From IMG/VR virus record IMGVR_UViG_3300024268_000010: a stretch of 64,000 nt of DNA, one strand, 5' to 3'. Shown piece after piece: positions 10,085 to 18,468 of this stretch. The number at the start of each line of letters is the position of its first letter. Position 1 is the stretch's first letter. Both the position numbers and the translations under genes were made by a program. This DNA is from a virus (Duplodnaviria > Heunggongvirae > Uroviricota > Caudoviricetes). Below the pieces are notes generated by a model that was not told the DNA's origin, ran no database searches, and saw nothing but the letters and a program-made list of their open reading frames with translations.

Positions 10085-12307
10085 ATGGCTTCAGGAAGTT
10101 TTACAGGAACAACAGATAATCAATATATAACGCCTCGTATTTTGTGGTCATCTACCGCAAACCAAGAGGCAAATACATCAAATTTAACTGTAACACTACA
10201 GTTAAAGAAATCAAGTGCGTCATCTTCCGCCACTTCTGGTACAGGTGCGTGGACTGTTTTAATCAACGGAACTACATATGACTTTAGTGTGTATGTTACT
10301 ATTCCAGCAAACGGAACATATGTTACTGTATATACAAAAACTGTTAACAACATACCACATAATTCCGACGGTACAAAATCAGTTGTGTTGGGGTGGACTG
10401 GTGGAATTCCTGTAACATCTTATAAAACTACAAACATACCTAATACAACTGTAGAACTTGATACAATTGCTCGTGCTTCTACTGTGTCGAGTTTTAGTTT
10501 TACAAATGGATATATTGACCAAGGCATTGATATAACCATTGCCTCAAAAGTGTCTACATATTACCATGATATTCATTTATATTTGCCAGATACATCTGGA
10601 ACTGGCATTAATTTAGTTAGTGCAAATGATGGTAGAAAATCAGGCGGAACACATCATATTAATTTTCATGCAGATCAATTGGCGCTTATATATTCTGCAA
10701 TGCCTACAACGACAAGTAGTCAATTCACCGTCTATGTGAGGACATACACAGACTCTTCTGGTAACACTTCAATAGGAGATTGGCAGACTGCAATAGCATA
10801 TGGCAATATTAACGCAAATGTGAAACCATCTATTACAAATATTGGTGCAGCTATCAATAGCGGTTTAGGTGGACATTGTGTTCAGGGTAAGAGTTCCGCT
10901 ACGATTACATGTGAAGCAAAGGCTGGTGACGGAGCAACAATCTCTTCTTACAAGTTTAGTGGACATAACTTAAACAAAACTGTCACTAACAATAGTGCAA
11001 CAACTACAACACTTACAAATGCAGGCACACAAACATATACTGTTGTAGTTACTGATAGCCGTGGAAGACAAGCAACATCACAAGTCGATGTATATGTATA
11101 TCCATATTCTAAGCCTAGTTTTAAGTCTGCCACTGTGACGAGATCTGACTCTGCCGGAAATCCAAGTAATGATGGAACATATGCAAAATATGCTGTTGAG
11201 GGAACATACTCTGATATTGGTGGAAAAAATACATATTCAATCACTGCCGCACATAGTTCGAATAACGGAAGCACATATTCGGATGCAATAACCATTCGAG
11301 CAGCAACTAATATCAATTCTGTTGCTACTGGCACATATGGTGCTGGTGCTTTAAGTACAACAAATTCGTATTTGATTAGATTTACAATCAAGGATTCTTA
11401 TGGTGCAACAGATACAATTATTGTTACACTGTCCACTATATCTCGTACTTTTAATATAAAGGCGAATAAAAATGGTGTTGCGTTTGGTAAAATAGCCGAA
11501 GGTGACGGAATAGAAACCGCATGGGACATGACCTTTAAGGGTAGTGGTGAAAAATCTTTAATTTTTGAGAGTGGTTCTACAGATGCATGGAAAACAAAAA
11601 TTTACAAAGGTAGTTCTGCAAGCCCAACAGTATTAGGTGTATGGGATGATACAAACAATCGATCTGTATTTAGGTATGAAAACGATGGAGTGTTTCGTGT
11701 AGATAGACCTATTATATTTAACAATGGTGTTGAATATGTGTTGATAACTGAGAATACTGACTTAAATGCTATGCAAACACCTGGTTTTTATAACTGCCCA
11801 TATAGTGCCACAGCAGCAACATTAAAGCATTGCCCTACCATATATGCATTTAGTTTAGTCATTGAACGCCATGCAGGAGTCAAACAAACACTAACAATAT
11901 ATTCTGCTGACCCAAATCCTATAATGTATATTCGTAATTATTATAATGGAACTTGGGGCGCATGGAGTAGACTATGTTATGCCGGAGAGAACACGATTCT
12001 ATGGAGTGGCATTGCTAGTATAGGTTCAACTCTTACACTCAAAGAGGATTATAAAGGTTTTAAGTTTCTCACTTGCATCATTGGAACTACATCAGAACCA
12101 TACGGAATTGTTTTAGGTTCGTTTCTAGATTCTACGGTTGCAGAATTGCACTTTGGTGCATTGTTTACAACATCAGGCGGAACTGCTGGCAGCAATATAT
12201 ATGGTGCAAAATTTGCAACATCAAGTGGCACATCAATTACACTGGCAGGATGTGGCACAACGGGTTCTTCGAATTTGTCAGTGCGAAAGATTGTGGGGTG
12301 GAGATAA
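10085..12307 (+). CDS. tail fibre / receptor-binding protein
   Basis: 740 aa, Ser/Thr/Gly-rich; last large gene of the tail module. Confidence 0.45.
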   Translation: MASGSFTGTTDNQYITPRILWSSTANQEANTSNLTVTLQLKKSSASSSATSGTGAWTVLINGTTYDFSVYVTIPANGTYVTVYTKTVNNIPHNSDGTKSVVLGWTGGIPVTSYKTTNIPNTTVELDTIARASTVSSFSFTNGYIDQGIDITIASKVSTYYHDIHLYLPDTSGTGINLVSANDGRKSGGTHHINFHADQLALIYSAMPTTTSSQFTVYVRTYTDSSGNTSIGDWQTAIAYGNINANVKPSITNIGAAINSGLGGHCVQGKSSATITCEAKAGDGATISSYKFSGHNLNKTVTNNSATTTTLTNAGTQTYTVVVTDSRGRQATSQVDVYVYPYSKPSFKSATVTRSDSAGNPSNDGTYAKYAVEGTYSDIGGKNTYSITAAHSSNNGSTYSDAITIRAATNINSVATGTYGAGALSTTNSYLIRFTIKDSYGATDTIIVTLSTISRTFNIKANKNGVAFGKIAEGDGIETAWDMTFKGSGEKSLIFESGSTDAWKTKIYKGSSASPTVLGVWDDTNNRSVFRYENDGVFRVDRPIIFNNGVEYVLITENTDLNAMQTPGFYNCPYSATAATLKHCPTIYAFSLVIERHAGVKQTLTIYSADPNPIMYIRNYYNGTWGAWSRLCYAGENTILWSGIASIGSTLTLKEDYKGFKFLTCIIGTTSEPYGIVLGSFLDSTVAELHFGALFTTSGGTAGSNIYGAKFATSSGTSITLAGCGTTGSSNLSVRKIVGWR

Positions 12308-12588
12308 TGTTCTTAAAATTAGACGAAAATAATTACATTAAAGGATATGCTGTTATAGGCAGTATTGAAGGTGCAATTGAAGTTGATTTAAATGAAATTG
12401 ATATTCCATATCCGCATTACGAAGCATATCGATATCTTGATGGGCAAGTTGTGTTAGACGAGAATAAATTAAATGAATTAATTGAGGCTGAGAACCATCA
12501 GCAATTATCTGAAACAGACGAATTAAAACAGCGTATTGCCAAATTAGAAGCCATGGTGGAATCGCTCTTAAAAGAAAAACAAAGTTAA
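12307..12588 (+). CDS. small tail-fibre-associated protein (XkdW-like position), coiled-coil C-terminus
   Basis: ATG at 12307 overlaps the upstream stop; 93 aa beginning MFLKLDENNYIKGY. The ORF-track start at 12073 is an in-frame upstream extension. Confidence 0.4.
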   Translation: MFLKLDENNYIKGYAVIGSIEGAIEVDLNEIDIPYPHYEAYRYLDGQVVLDENKLNELIEAENHQQLSETDELKQRIAKLEAMVESLLKEKQS

Positions 12589-12610
12589 TCAGTTAGGAGG
12601 TGAGTTCGCA

Positions 12611-13252
12611 ATGGTGGATTTAATAGAATACATTGGAATTCCAGGAACCATAGCAGTTGGAATAATTGCCTTGTATGTAGCTATGCAACTTATTGGTGAA
12701 TTCGTAGAGCTTTGTGGCAAAGTCGTTCCAGAGTTCTTTAAGATTCGCAAATTCTTTGCACGTAAAAAGCAAGAAAAGGAAGACACAATAAAGACATTAA
12801 AAAAAGTTGAACAGTTATTGAATGAGGTCAACACACATTACAACGATGACAACATTGCACAACGTAACGAATGGATAAGAAACGTTGACAATAGAGCTGT
12901 TTCGTGCGGCAGTCAAATTACTGAAATTAAAAATACATTATCAGAAGTTACTAATGCATTAAACGTCAACACAAAAATGACAGAAGATATGTTTATTGAA
13001 AATAGTCGAGATAGAATAATTGATTTTGCTGAAAAAGCAGCCGACTATAACATCGTGTTATCAAAAGAACAATTTAGACGAATTAATAGAATACATGATG
13101 ATTACGAAAACTTTCTTAAAGAAAGAAACCGTCAGAATGGCGAAGTTGATACTGCATATGAGACAATACAAGATGGATATAAACATCGATTAAAAAATCA
13201 TTCATTTTTAGAAGACATAAAAGGAATAAGATTGGATAGCAATACAAAATGA
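12611..13252 (+). CDS. membrane-anchored hypothetical protein
   Basis: RBS aggaggtg; N-terminal hydrophobic helix (IGIPGTIAVGIIALYVAMQLIG). Confidence 0.45.
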   Translation: MVDLIEYIGIPGTIAVGIIALYVAMQLIGEFVELCGKVVPEFFKIRKFFARKKQEKEDTIKTLKKVEQLLNEVNTHYNDDNIAQRNEWIRNVDNRAVSCGSQITEIKNTLSEVTNALNVNTKMTEDMFIENSRDRIIDFAEKAADYNIVLSKEQFRRINRIHDDYENFLKERNRQNGEVDTAYETIQDGYKHRLKNHSFLEDIKGIRLDSNTK

Positions 13253-13272
13253 TTTGCAAAGGAGTAATAATT

Positions 13273-13587
13273 ATGGAAATTTTACATATTATTTTATCAA
13301 TCGTTACTGGATTAATCACAGCTATTCCGCTTATAATTCAACTAGTTAAAACAATTAAAGAATCTGCTAAATCTAAAAATTGGACAAGTCTTATGCATCT
13401 TGTGTTTCAATTGATGGTTGACGCAGAAAAGAACTTTGATACTGGTGCAGAGCGTAAACAATATGTAATTGATACTGTAAAGGCAATGGAAAAAACATTA
13501 AATTATGATATTGACGAAGATGTTATTAACGAAATGATTGACGCAATTATTCAAGCTACAAAACGCATAAACACAACAAGTAAATAA
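13273..13587 (+). CDS. holin-like small membrane protein (BhlA/UviB- or LLH-type; start at MEIL)
   Basis: RBS aaaggag placed 9 nt before the ATG at 13273; one N-terminal TM helix (ILHIILSIVTGLITAIPLIIQLV) followed by a charged tail. Confidence 0.4.
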   Translation: MEILHIILSIVTGLITAIPLIIQLVKTIKESAKSKNWTSLMHLVFQLMVDAEKNFDTGAERKQYVIDTVKAMEKTLNYDIDEDVINEMIDAIIQATKRINTTSK

Positions 13588-13602
13588 ATAATAGTTTAGG
13601 GA

Positions 13603-13635
13603 GTACAGATTAATTTCTGTACTCCCTATTTTTTT
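13603..13635 (+). terminator. rho-independent terminator
   Basis: gggagtacag-attaatttc-tgtactccc perfect stem followed by tattttttt. Confidence 0.6.
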
Positions 13636-13778
13636 CAATCTCAAAATATTCTCGCATAACCTTATTTACCCATGAGTTGATTGTTCTCCCGTCTTTGTTC
13701 GCTGCCATTTCAATTTGTAATTTTAAGCTTTGTGGAACTCTTAATGTTAATGTTTCAGTTGGCTCTTTTTTCTTCAAC
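13626..13778 (-). CDS. ribbon-helix-helix (Arc/MetJ/CopG-like) DNA-binding protein, 50 aa
   Basis: ORF below the track size cut-off: MLKKKEPTETLTLRVPQSLKLQIEMAANKDGRTINSWVNKVMREYFEIEKN; RBS aaggggg; has its own TTGACT-17-TATAAT promoter. Confidence 0.5.
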
Positions 13779-13799
13779 ATGTTAACCCCCTTCTAGCTT

Positions 13800-13828
13800 A
13801 TTATATCAATTTTGACTTTTATAGTCAA
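13800..13828 (-). promoter_or_regulatory. sigma-A-type promoter of the RHH gene, overlapping the TTGAC-N7-GTCAA inverted repeat
   Basis: On the - strand: TTGACT, 17-nt spacer, TATAAT, then the RBS. The inverted repeat is at 13812-13828. Confidence 0.45.
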
Positions 13829-13834
13829 AATATA

Positions 13835-13863
13835 TTGACGCACTTGTTCTCTTTTGATAGAAT
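13835..13863 (+). promoter_or_regulatory. sigma-A-type promoter of the tubR-like/tubZ-like operon
   Basis: TTGACG, 17-nt spacer, TAGAAT; divergent from the RHH promoter. Confidence 0.45.
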
Positions 13864-13872
13864 TAATATTGA

Positions 13873-13922
13873 AAATGAACACAAATGAGTGCAAATGAAA
13901 GAAGGGGAATTGAAATAAATGA
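13873..13922 (+). repeat. AAATGA iterons at 10-bp phasing (candidate TubR-binding centromere or autoregulation sites)
   Basis: AAATGA at 13873, 13883 and 13893 with exactly 10-bp spacing; a fourth copy at 13917 overlaps the start codon. Confidence 0.4.
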
Positions 13923-14170
13923 AACTGAATAGAATTCAATTAATTATGCTTTCTATTTTATCAAAAGTAGAAGCAAAAAGTCCTGCGACCAGTGTAAGCA
14001 TTGATGATATTATGAAATCCGTACCACTTGGGAAATCTTATTCAACCATTTATAGGGAAATTAATTCATTACATTATCAAAATTATATTTCTAATGGAGT
14101 GAAAGATGGAAAATTTAACACTTACTATATCAATCAAAATGGAATAGAAAAATTAAAGGAGATGTTATAA
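13919..14170 (+). CDS. small winged-helix DNA-binding protein (TubR-like by position)
   Basis: 83 aa with a wHTH-like pattern (IQLIMLSILSK...SIDDIMKSV...YSTIYREINSL); immediately upstream of the tubulin-like GTPase and overlapping its start. Confidence 0.4.
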   Translation: MKLNRIQLIMLSILSKVEAKSPATSVSIDDIMKSVPLGKSYSTIYREINSLHYQNYISNGVKDGKFNTYYINQNGIEKLKEML

Positions 14171-15189
14171 TGAGAGAGCAATTTGGAGTATTGGCACTCG
14201 GACAAGCGGGAGGAAATATAGGTATGGAGTTTGAGAAGCTAGGTTATTCTGTGGCATTCTTAAATACAAGTACAGAGGATCTTAACAGCATAAAAGGAAC
14301 ACATAAAATTGCAATTCCTAATGCAGAAGGTGCAGCTAAAGATAGAAAAAGAGTACTACAATTAGCTTCTGAACATATAGGTGATATCGTTGATAAAATT
14401 ACTAATATACTTCCACAAAAGTACATTATTTGTGTATTCAGTGCGGGTGGTGGAACAGGATCTGGTTTGAGCACTCCATTGATGACATACCTATCACAAG
14501 TACAAAAGGTGTGTATACCAGTCGTTGTTTTACCGGACGAGAAAATAGAATCTGCAAAAAGTTGTGAAAACACATGGAACTGCTGTGCAGAGTTAATGTC
14601 TATTCGAGGACTTGGTGCAACATTTTTACTCGACAACTCCAAATGCGATAAATTTGTTATTAATGGCAGATTTGTAAGAGAACTAGATGCTTTTATTAAT
14701 CTCAAAAATTTAAGTATGTACGGCAATATAGATATAGCAGAGAGAAAACAAATACTGTCTTGTTCTGGAGTTGCTGTTATCGGTAAACTTAGTAAATCAA
14801 AAAGCGCCGCTTCAGAGATCATTCAAAGCATGCATAACGGTATATATGCTGAAATTACTTCAAAAACAGCAATGTACTTAGGCATTTCTACTTCAAATCG
14901 TTCTTTGGAGATCAATTCTATTACCAAAGAATTTAATGGTGTGTATGATGTATTTTATGGGGTTTCTGAGGCCACAACACTAATAGCAGTTTCTGGATTA
15001 CAATTCCCATTAAAAAGACTAGAAATGTTTCGGAATAAATTTGAGCAAACTGTGCAAAATATAAATAACACAATTATCCAGCAACCTCCAACTATTCAAC
15101 CGTTACAAAGTCTATCGTTTGCACGGGAGGAGTTGAAGCCTACCACCCCAATTAACCCAAGAGATATTCTTTTGGGACTACTGAAATAA
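14170..15189 (+). CDS. tubZ: tubulin/FtsZ-superfamily GTPase (TubZ/PhuZ-like)
   Basis: T1 loop GVLALGQAGGNIG and the tubulin signature SAGGGTGSG; 339 aa. Confidence 0.7.
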   Translation: MREQFGVLALGQAGGNIGMEFEKLGYSVAFLNTSTEDLNSIKGTHKIAIPNAEGAAKDRKRVLQLASEHIGDIVDKITNILPQKYIICVFSAGGGTGSGLSTPLMTYLSQVQKVCIPVVVLPDEKIESAKSCENTWNCCAELMSIRGLGATFLLDNSKCDKFVINGRFVRELDAFINLKNLSMYGNIDIAERKQILSCSGVAVIGKLSKSKSAASEIIQSMHNGIYAEITSKTAMYLGISTSNRSLEINSITKEFNGVYDVFYGVSEATTLIAVSGLQFPLKRLEMFRNKFEQTVQNINNTIIQQPPTIQPLQSLSFAREELKPTTPINPRDILLGLLK

Positions 15190-15209
15190 GAGTCGCTTAT
15201 GCGGCTCTA

Positions 15210-15248
15210 TTTTTTTTACGAAAAAAAATAAGACTGCTAAACACAGTC
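15210..15248 (-). terminator. terminator for the recombinase gene (convergent with a weaker + strand hairpin at 15193-15220)
   Basis: On the - strand: aagactgtgtttagcagtctt followed by attttttttcg. Confidence 0.5.
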
Positions 15249-15251
15249 TTA

Positions 15252-17192
15252 TTATCCAACATGATTTGCCCATTTACATATCTGTAGTAGTTCCAAAAAA
15301 GATACATCAGAGGCACATCTATATCTGTCGATGTATTCTTCTGTGTAAAAATTGAACAACATATAAGCGTGATTTTTAGTACCATTGACATAATTCTTGT
15401 CACTATCTCTTGGAGTTCGAATAATTACGCCTGCACCTATCAATTGTTTGATAATTGGCATAAACTTATTATAATATCCCTCCTTATATCCCATTTTGGC
15501 AACCTCTCTGTGTAAATCTTGAAAATAAAACTCTTTCATTTCAAATGCCTTATCTATTATTGCTTTCTTATAGATGTCTACGGCGGTGAGGCTTATATCA
15601 ACATGACTTCTCATAACCTCATTTAAGTTGCCATGCATATACACATCAATTCCGGCACCATTCTTTACTACAATTCGATCTACAAGAATTTTCAGTTGTT
15701 TAACGGTCAAAGTATCACTAGCAAGAATTTCGTCAAAAACCAATAATGCCTTACTTAGACCTTGTTTTGCCTCCTTTGATGATGTTGATACCGATTCTTG
15801 CTCATCTATTTGTGATTTTAGATTTTGCAAATATGCCGATTTTTCATTAATAGCCTTTTGATAGGTTTGTTCTATAATATCTTTCATAGAGGGATTACTA
15901 ATTATGTCTTTAACCTTTTGCTCCATAAGACCCATCAGTTCTTGTGATGCCTTGCCATATTCTTTTTTTAGGGTTTCAAATGATTTAATAGATTTTTCAT
16001 TATATAATTGCTTGAGTTCACTCTCTATAATACCATCTAGATTTGCTATTGCGTCCTCCAAACTGTTTCTACATTGTCTTAAATATATTTTAATAAATTC
16101 TATTAGTTCATATTCATATACCCTGTTTTGTGAGCAGTAGTCTGATCCAAATGCATTATAAGTTGAGCATAAATAATATCTTCTCTTATTTATTCCACTT
16201 CTAGCAGTCATCAATTTTCCACATTCATTACAATATATCATGCCTGCAAATATATTGTTATTTTTTCTTATTCCTTTGTGTTGATGTTTTTCTGCCCTTT
16301 CCGTTTTTAATTTATTTGCCAGTACAAATGTTTCCTTGTCGATAATAGCCTCATGATTGTTTTCAAATTTAATATACTCTTCTTTGTCTCTTAAAATAGT
16401 TTTGCCATTAATGCCAACTGTTTTACATTTTCTTTGTACAAGAGTGCCAATATAAAATTCATTTGATATCATTCTTTTGACCACAGTGCTTGACCACATT
16501 GTAACAACTTGTCTTTTTGATGGTGGTATACCTTGTTCTTCTCTAATTCGCGCAGCCGCTTGTGTTGGTGTTGGAACTCCGTTGTCATTAAATATTTTTG
16601 CAATTGCGTTTGTGCCGTAGCCGTTGATATACATTTCGAATGCTTGTTTTACATATCCACAAGTTAGTTCGTCCACTTCAAAAGCGTGTTTCTTGCTAAA
16701 TATCTTTTTATATCCAAATGGTACTTCGGTAATCCATCTGCCTTCTTTTTGTTTTGAATGTATTACCGTTTTAATCTTCTTACTAATATCTTTTACGTAT
16801 CTTTCGTTGAACCATGTTTTAATACCTAGAATTGAATCTTCATCTTCCAAGTTGCTATAGTTGTCATTAATACTGATAACCTCTTTGTCTTCCATTGCCA
16901 AGTCTTCTAAGAGTATTTGCACACGAGGAGAGTTTCTTCCGAATCTTGAAAGATCTTTTACAATGACACCATCTATCGTGCCATCTTTTAAATCTTGCAA
17001 CATTCTATTAAATGCAGGTCTTTCCATTTTGTACCCTTTAAATCCGTCATCGATATAAAATTCTACTATATCATATTCATGCTCTTCTGCATACTGTTGT
17101 ATTATGCGGCGCTGATTTGCAATAGATAAAGATTCGTTATTTCCGTCCTCTTCGCTTAATCTCAAATATCCCGCCATTTTTCTTTTTATCAT
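15252..17192 (-). CDS. large serine recombinase (integrase/resolvase)
   Basis: N-terminal resolvase domain (YLRLSEEDG...S...DGVIVKDLSRFGRN), a recombinase domain, a Cys-rich zinc ribbon and a coiled coil; 646 aa; RBS aggaggt. Confidence 0.85.
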   Translation of the reverse strand: MIKRKMAGYLRLSEEDGNNESLSIANQRRIIQQYAEEHEYDIVEFYIDDGFKGYKMERPAFNRMLQDLKDGTIDGVIVKDLSRFGRNSPRVQILLEDLAMEDKEVISINDNYSNLEDEDSILGIKTWFNERYVKDISKKIKTVIHSKQKEGRWITEVPFGYKKIFSKKHAFEVDELTCGYVKQAFEMYINGYGTNAIAKIFNDNGVPTPTQAAARIREEQGIPPSKRQVVTMWSSTVVKRMISNEFYIGTLVQRKCKTVGINGKTILRDKEEYIKFENNHEAIIDKETFVLANKLKTERAEKHQHKGIRKNNNIFAGMIYCNECGKLMTARSGINKRRYYLCSTYNAFGSDYCSQNRVYEYELIEFIKIYLRQCRNSLEDAIANLDGIIESELKQLYNEKSIKSFETLKKEYGKASQELMGLMEQKVKDIISNPSMKDIIEQTYQKAINEKSAYLQNLKSQIDEQESVSTSSKEAKQGLSKALLVFDEILASDTLTVKQLKILVDRIVVKNGAGIDVYMHGNLNEVMRSHVDISLTAVDIYKKAIIDKAFEMKEFYFQDLHREVAKMGYKEGYYNKFMPIIKQLIGAGVIIRTPRDSDKNYVNGTKNHAYMLFNFYTEEYIDRYRCASDVSFLELLQICKWANHVG

Positions 17193-17270
17193 ATGCTTGT
17201 ACCTCCTATGTATTTTTCTTATACCTTAAATGTATTGTAACACGAGGTTTTCATATTGTAAATAAAATTA

Positions 17271-17438
17271 AGATTTATATTTATTTTTAATTAATTCTTT
17301 TATAATTTGCATAATATCTTTGTCACCATTTATAAATGTAACAAGCCTATCCTCTTGGTGCGTGTTATTATTTACTTCGTTTTTTTCTCTATGTATAAAG
17401 ATTGTTTTCTTTTCCATATAAATAACTCCAATCATTTT
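17271..17438 (-). CDS. small hypothetical protein (about 49-56 aa)
   Basis: RBS ggag; begins within the conserved AATGATTGG leader. Confidence 0.3.
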
Positions 17439-17441
17439 GTT

Positions 17442-17472
17442 TTGTATATAAAAAAATAAGCGGTGATATTGC
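17442..17472 (-). terminator. terminator after dut
   Basis: On the - strand: gcggtggtagcaatatcaccgc followed by ttattttttt. Confidence 0.5.
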
Positions 17473-17490
17473 TACCACCGCTATATTGTT

Positions 17491-17928
17491 TTAGTTTGCT
17501 CCAGTTGAACCAAACCCTCCAGTGCCACGCTCTGTTTCATCAAGTTCTTCAACTTCTTTGAATTGTGCCGTTAAATAAGGTAGAATGATAAGCTGCGCAA
17601 TACGCTCACCGGGTTCAACTATCTGTGTAACGCTAGAATCGTTGTGGAGTGCTACGATATATTCGCCTCTGTAATCGGAGTCGGCAACCCCCACGCAGTT
17701 CGATGGTCTTAAACCCTTTTTTGTAGCAAGACCACTTCTGGCGAAGATTGCACCGAAATAGCCATCTGGAACAGCAATTGCAAGTCCTGTGCCGATTTTT
17801 ACGGTTTCACCTGCTGAAATCGCAATTGGTTTATCAGTACAAGCATATAAATCACAGCCTGCCGCACTTGCAGATCCTCTAGTGGGTATCACTGCATTTT
17901 GATTTAATTTTTTAATTTTAATCTCCAT
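17491..17928 (-). CDS. dut: dUTP diphosphatase
   Basis: dUTPase motifs (AAGCDLYA, RSGLATKKGL); start taken at MEIKIKK, which has the RBS gaaagga; upstream in-frame ATG lies in the AATGATTGA motif. Confidence 0.85.
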   Translation of the reverse strand: MEIKIKKLNQNAVIPTRGSASAAGCDLYACTDKPIAISAGETVKIGTGLAIAVPDGYFGAIFARSGLATKKGLRPSNCVGVADSDYRGEYIVALHNDSSVTQIVEPGERIAQLIILPYLTAQFKEVEELDETERGTGGFGSTGAN

Positions 17929-17941
17929 ATTTATTATCCTT

Positions 17942-18463
17942 TCAATCATTTAGGAGTGTGATAATTTTGCCTTGTTTTATAGTTTCTTTCACATCAATTA
18001 GTCTTTGGTTTTTCGATCCGCGGAACGAGAGATGAACATCTCGTTGTTCATCGATGTATGGACCATCTACAATAACATCACACATACGATAAAGTCGATT
18101 TGTAATCACCAAGTCTAATGATTGATCAAAATCTCGCATAGATAATTTGTTTCCAGTATACAGCCAAATAACTTTCGATGGAAATTTTTCCTTGATGTCT
18201 TCAATTAATTCATACACTGCATAGAAGTTTTGATTTGCTATTGGCTCTCCACCTAAAATACTAACTCTTGTTATATATGGTCTATCAACAAGGCTTAAAA
18301 ATTGTTGTTTAATTTCATAAGTCCATTCTTTTCCACCATCAAAATCCCAAGTATTAGGATTAAAACAGTTGTAACAATGAAATGGACACCCTTGAACGAA
18401 GAGGGAAACTCCAATTCCCTCTCCGTTAGTAAGATCTAAATCTCTGATGCTTGCATAACGCAT
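17942..18463 (-). CDS. nrdG: anaerobic ribonucleotide reductase activating protein (radical SAM)
   Basis: CPFHCYNCFNP CxxxCxxC radical-SAM cluster; adjacent to nrdD. Confidence 0.85.
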   Translation of the reverse strand: MRYASIRDLDLTNGEGIGVSLFVQGCPFHCYNCFNPNTWDFDGGKEWTYEIKQQFLSLVDRPYITRVSILGGEPIANQNFYAVYELIEDIKEKFPSKVIWLYTGNKLSMRDFDQSLDLVITNRLYRMCDVIVDGPYIDEQRDVHLSFRGSKNQRLIDVKETIKQGKIITLLND

Positions 18464-18468
18464 AATGA

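Noticed and set aside
15628-17058. Several 65-78 aa + strand ORFs antisense to the serine recombinase gene
   Set aside because: Antisense to a well-supported 646-aa gene, with no RBS and low-complexity Ser/Cys/Phe composition.
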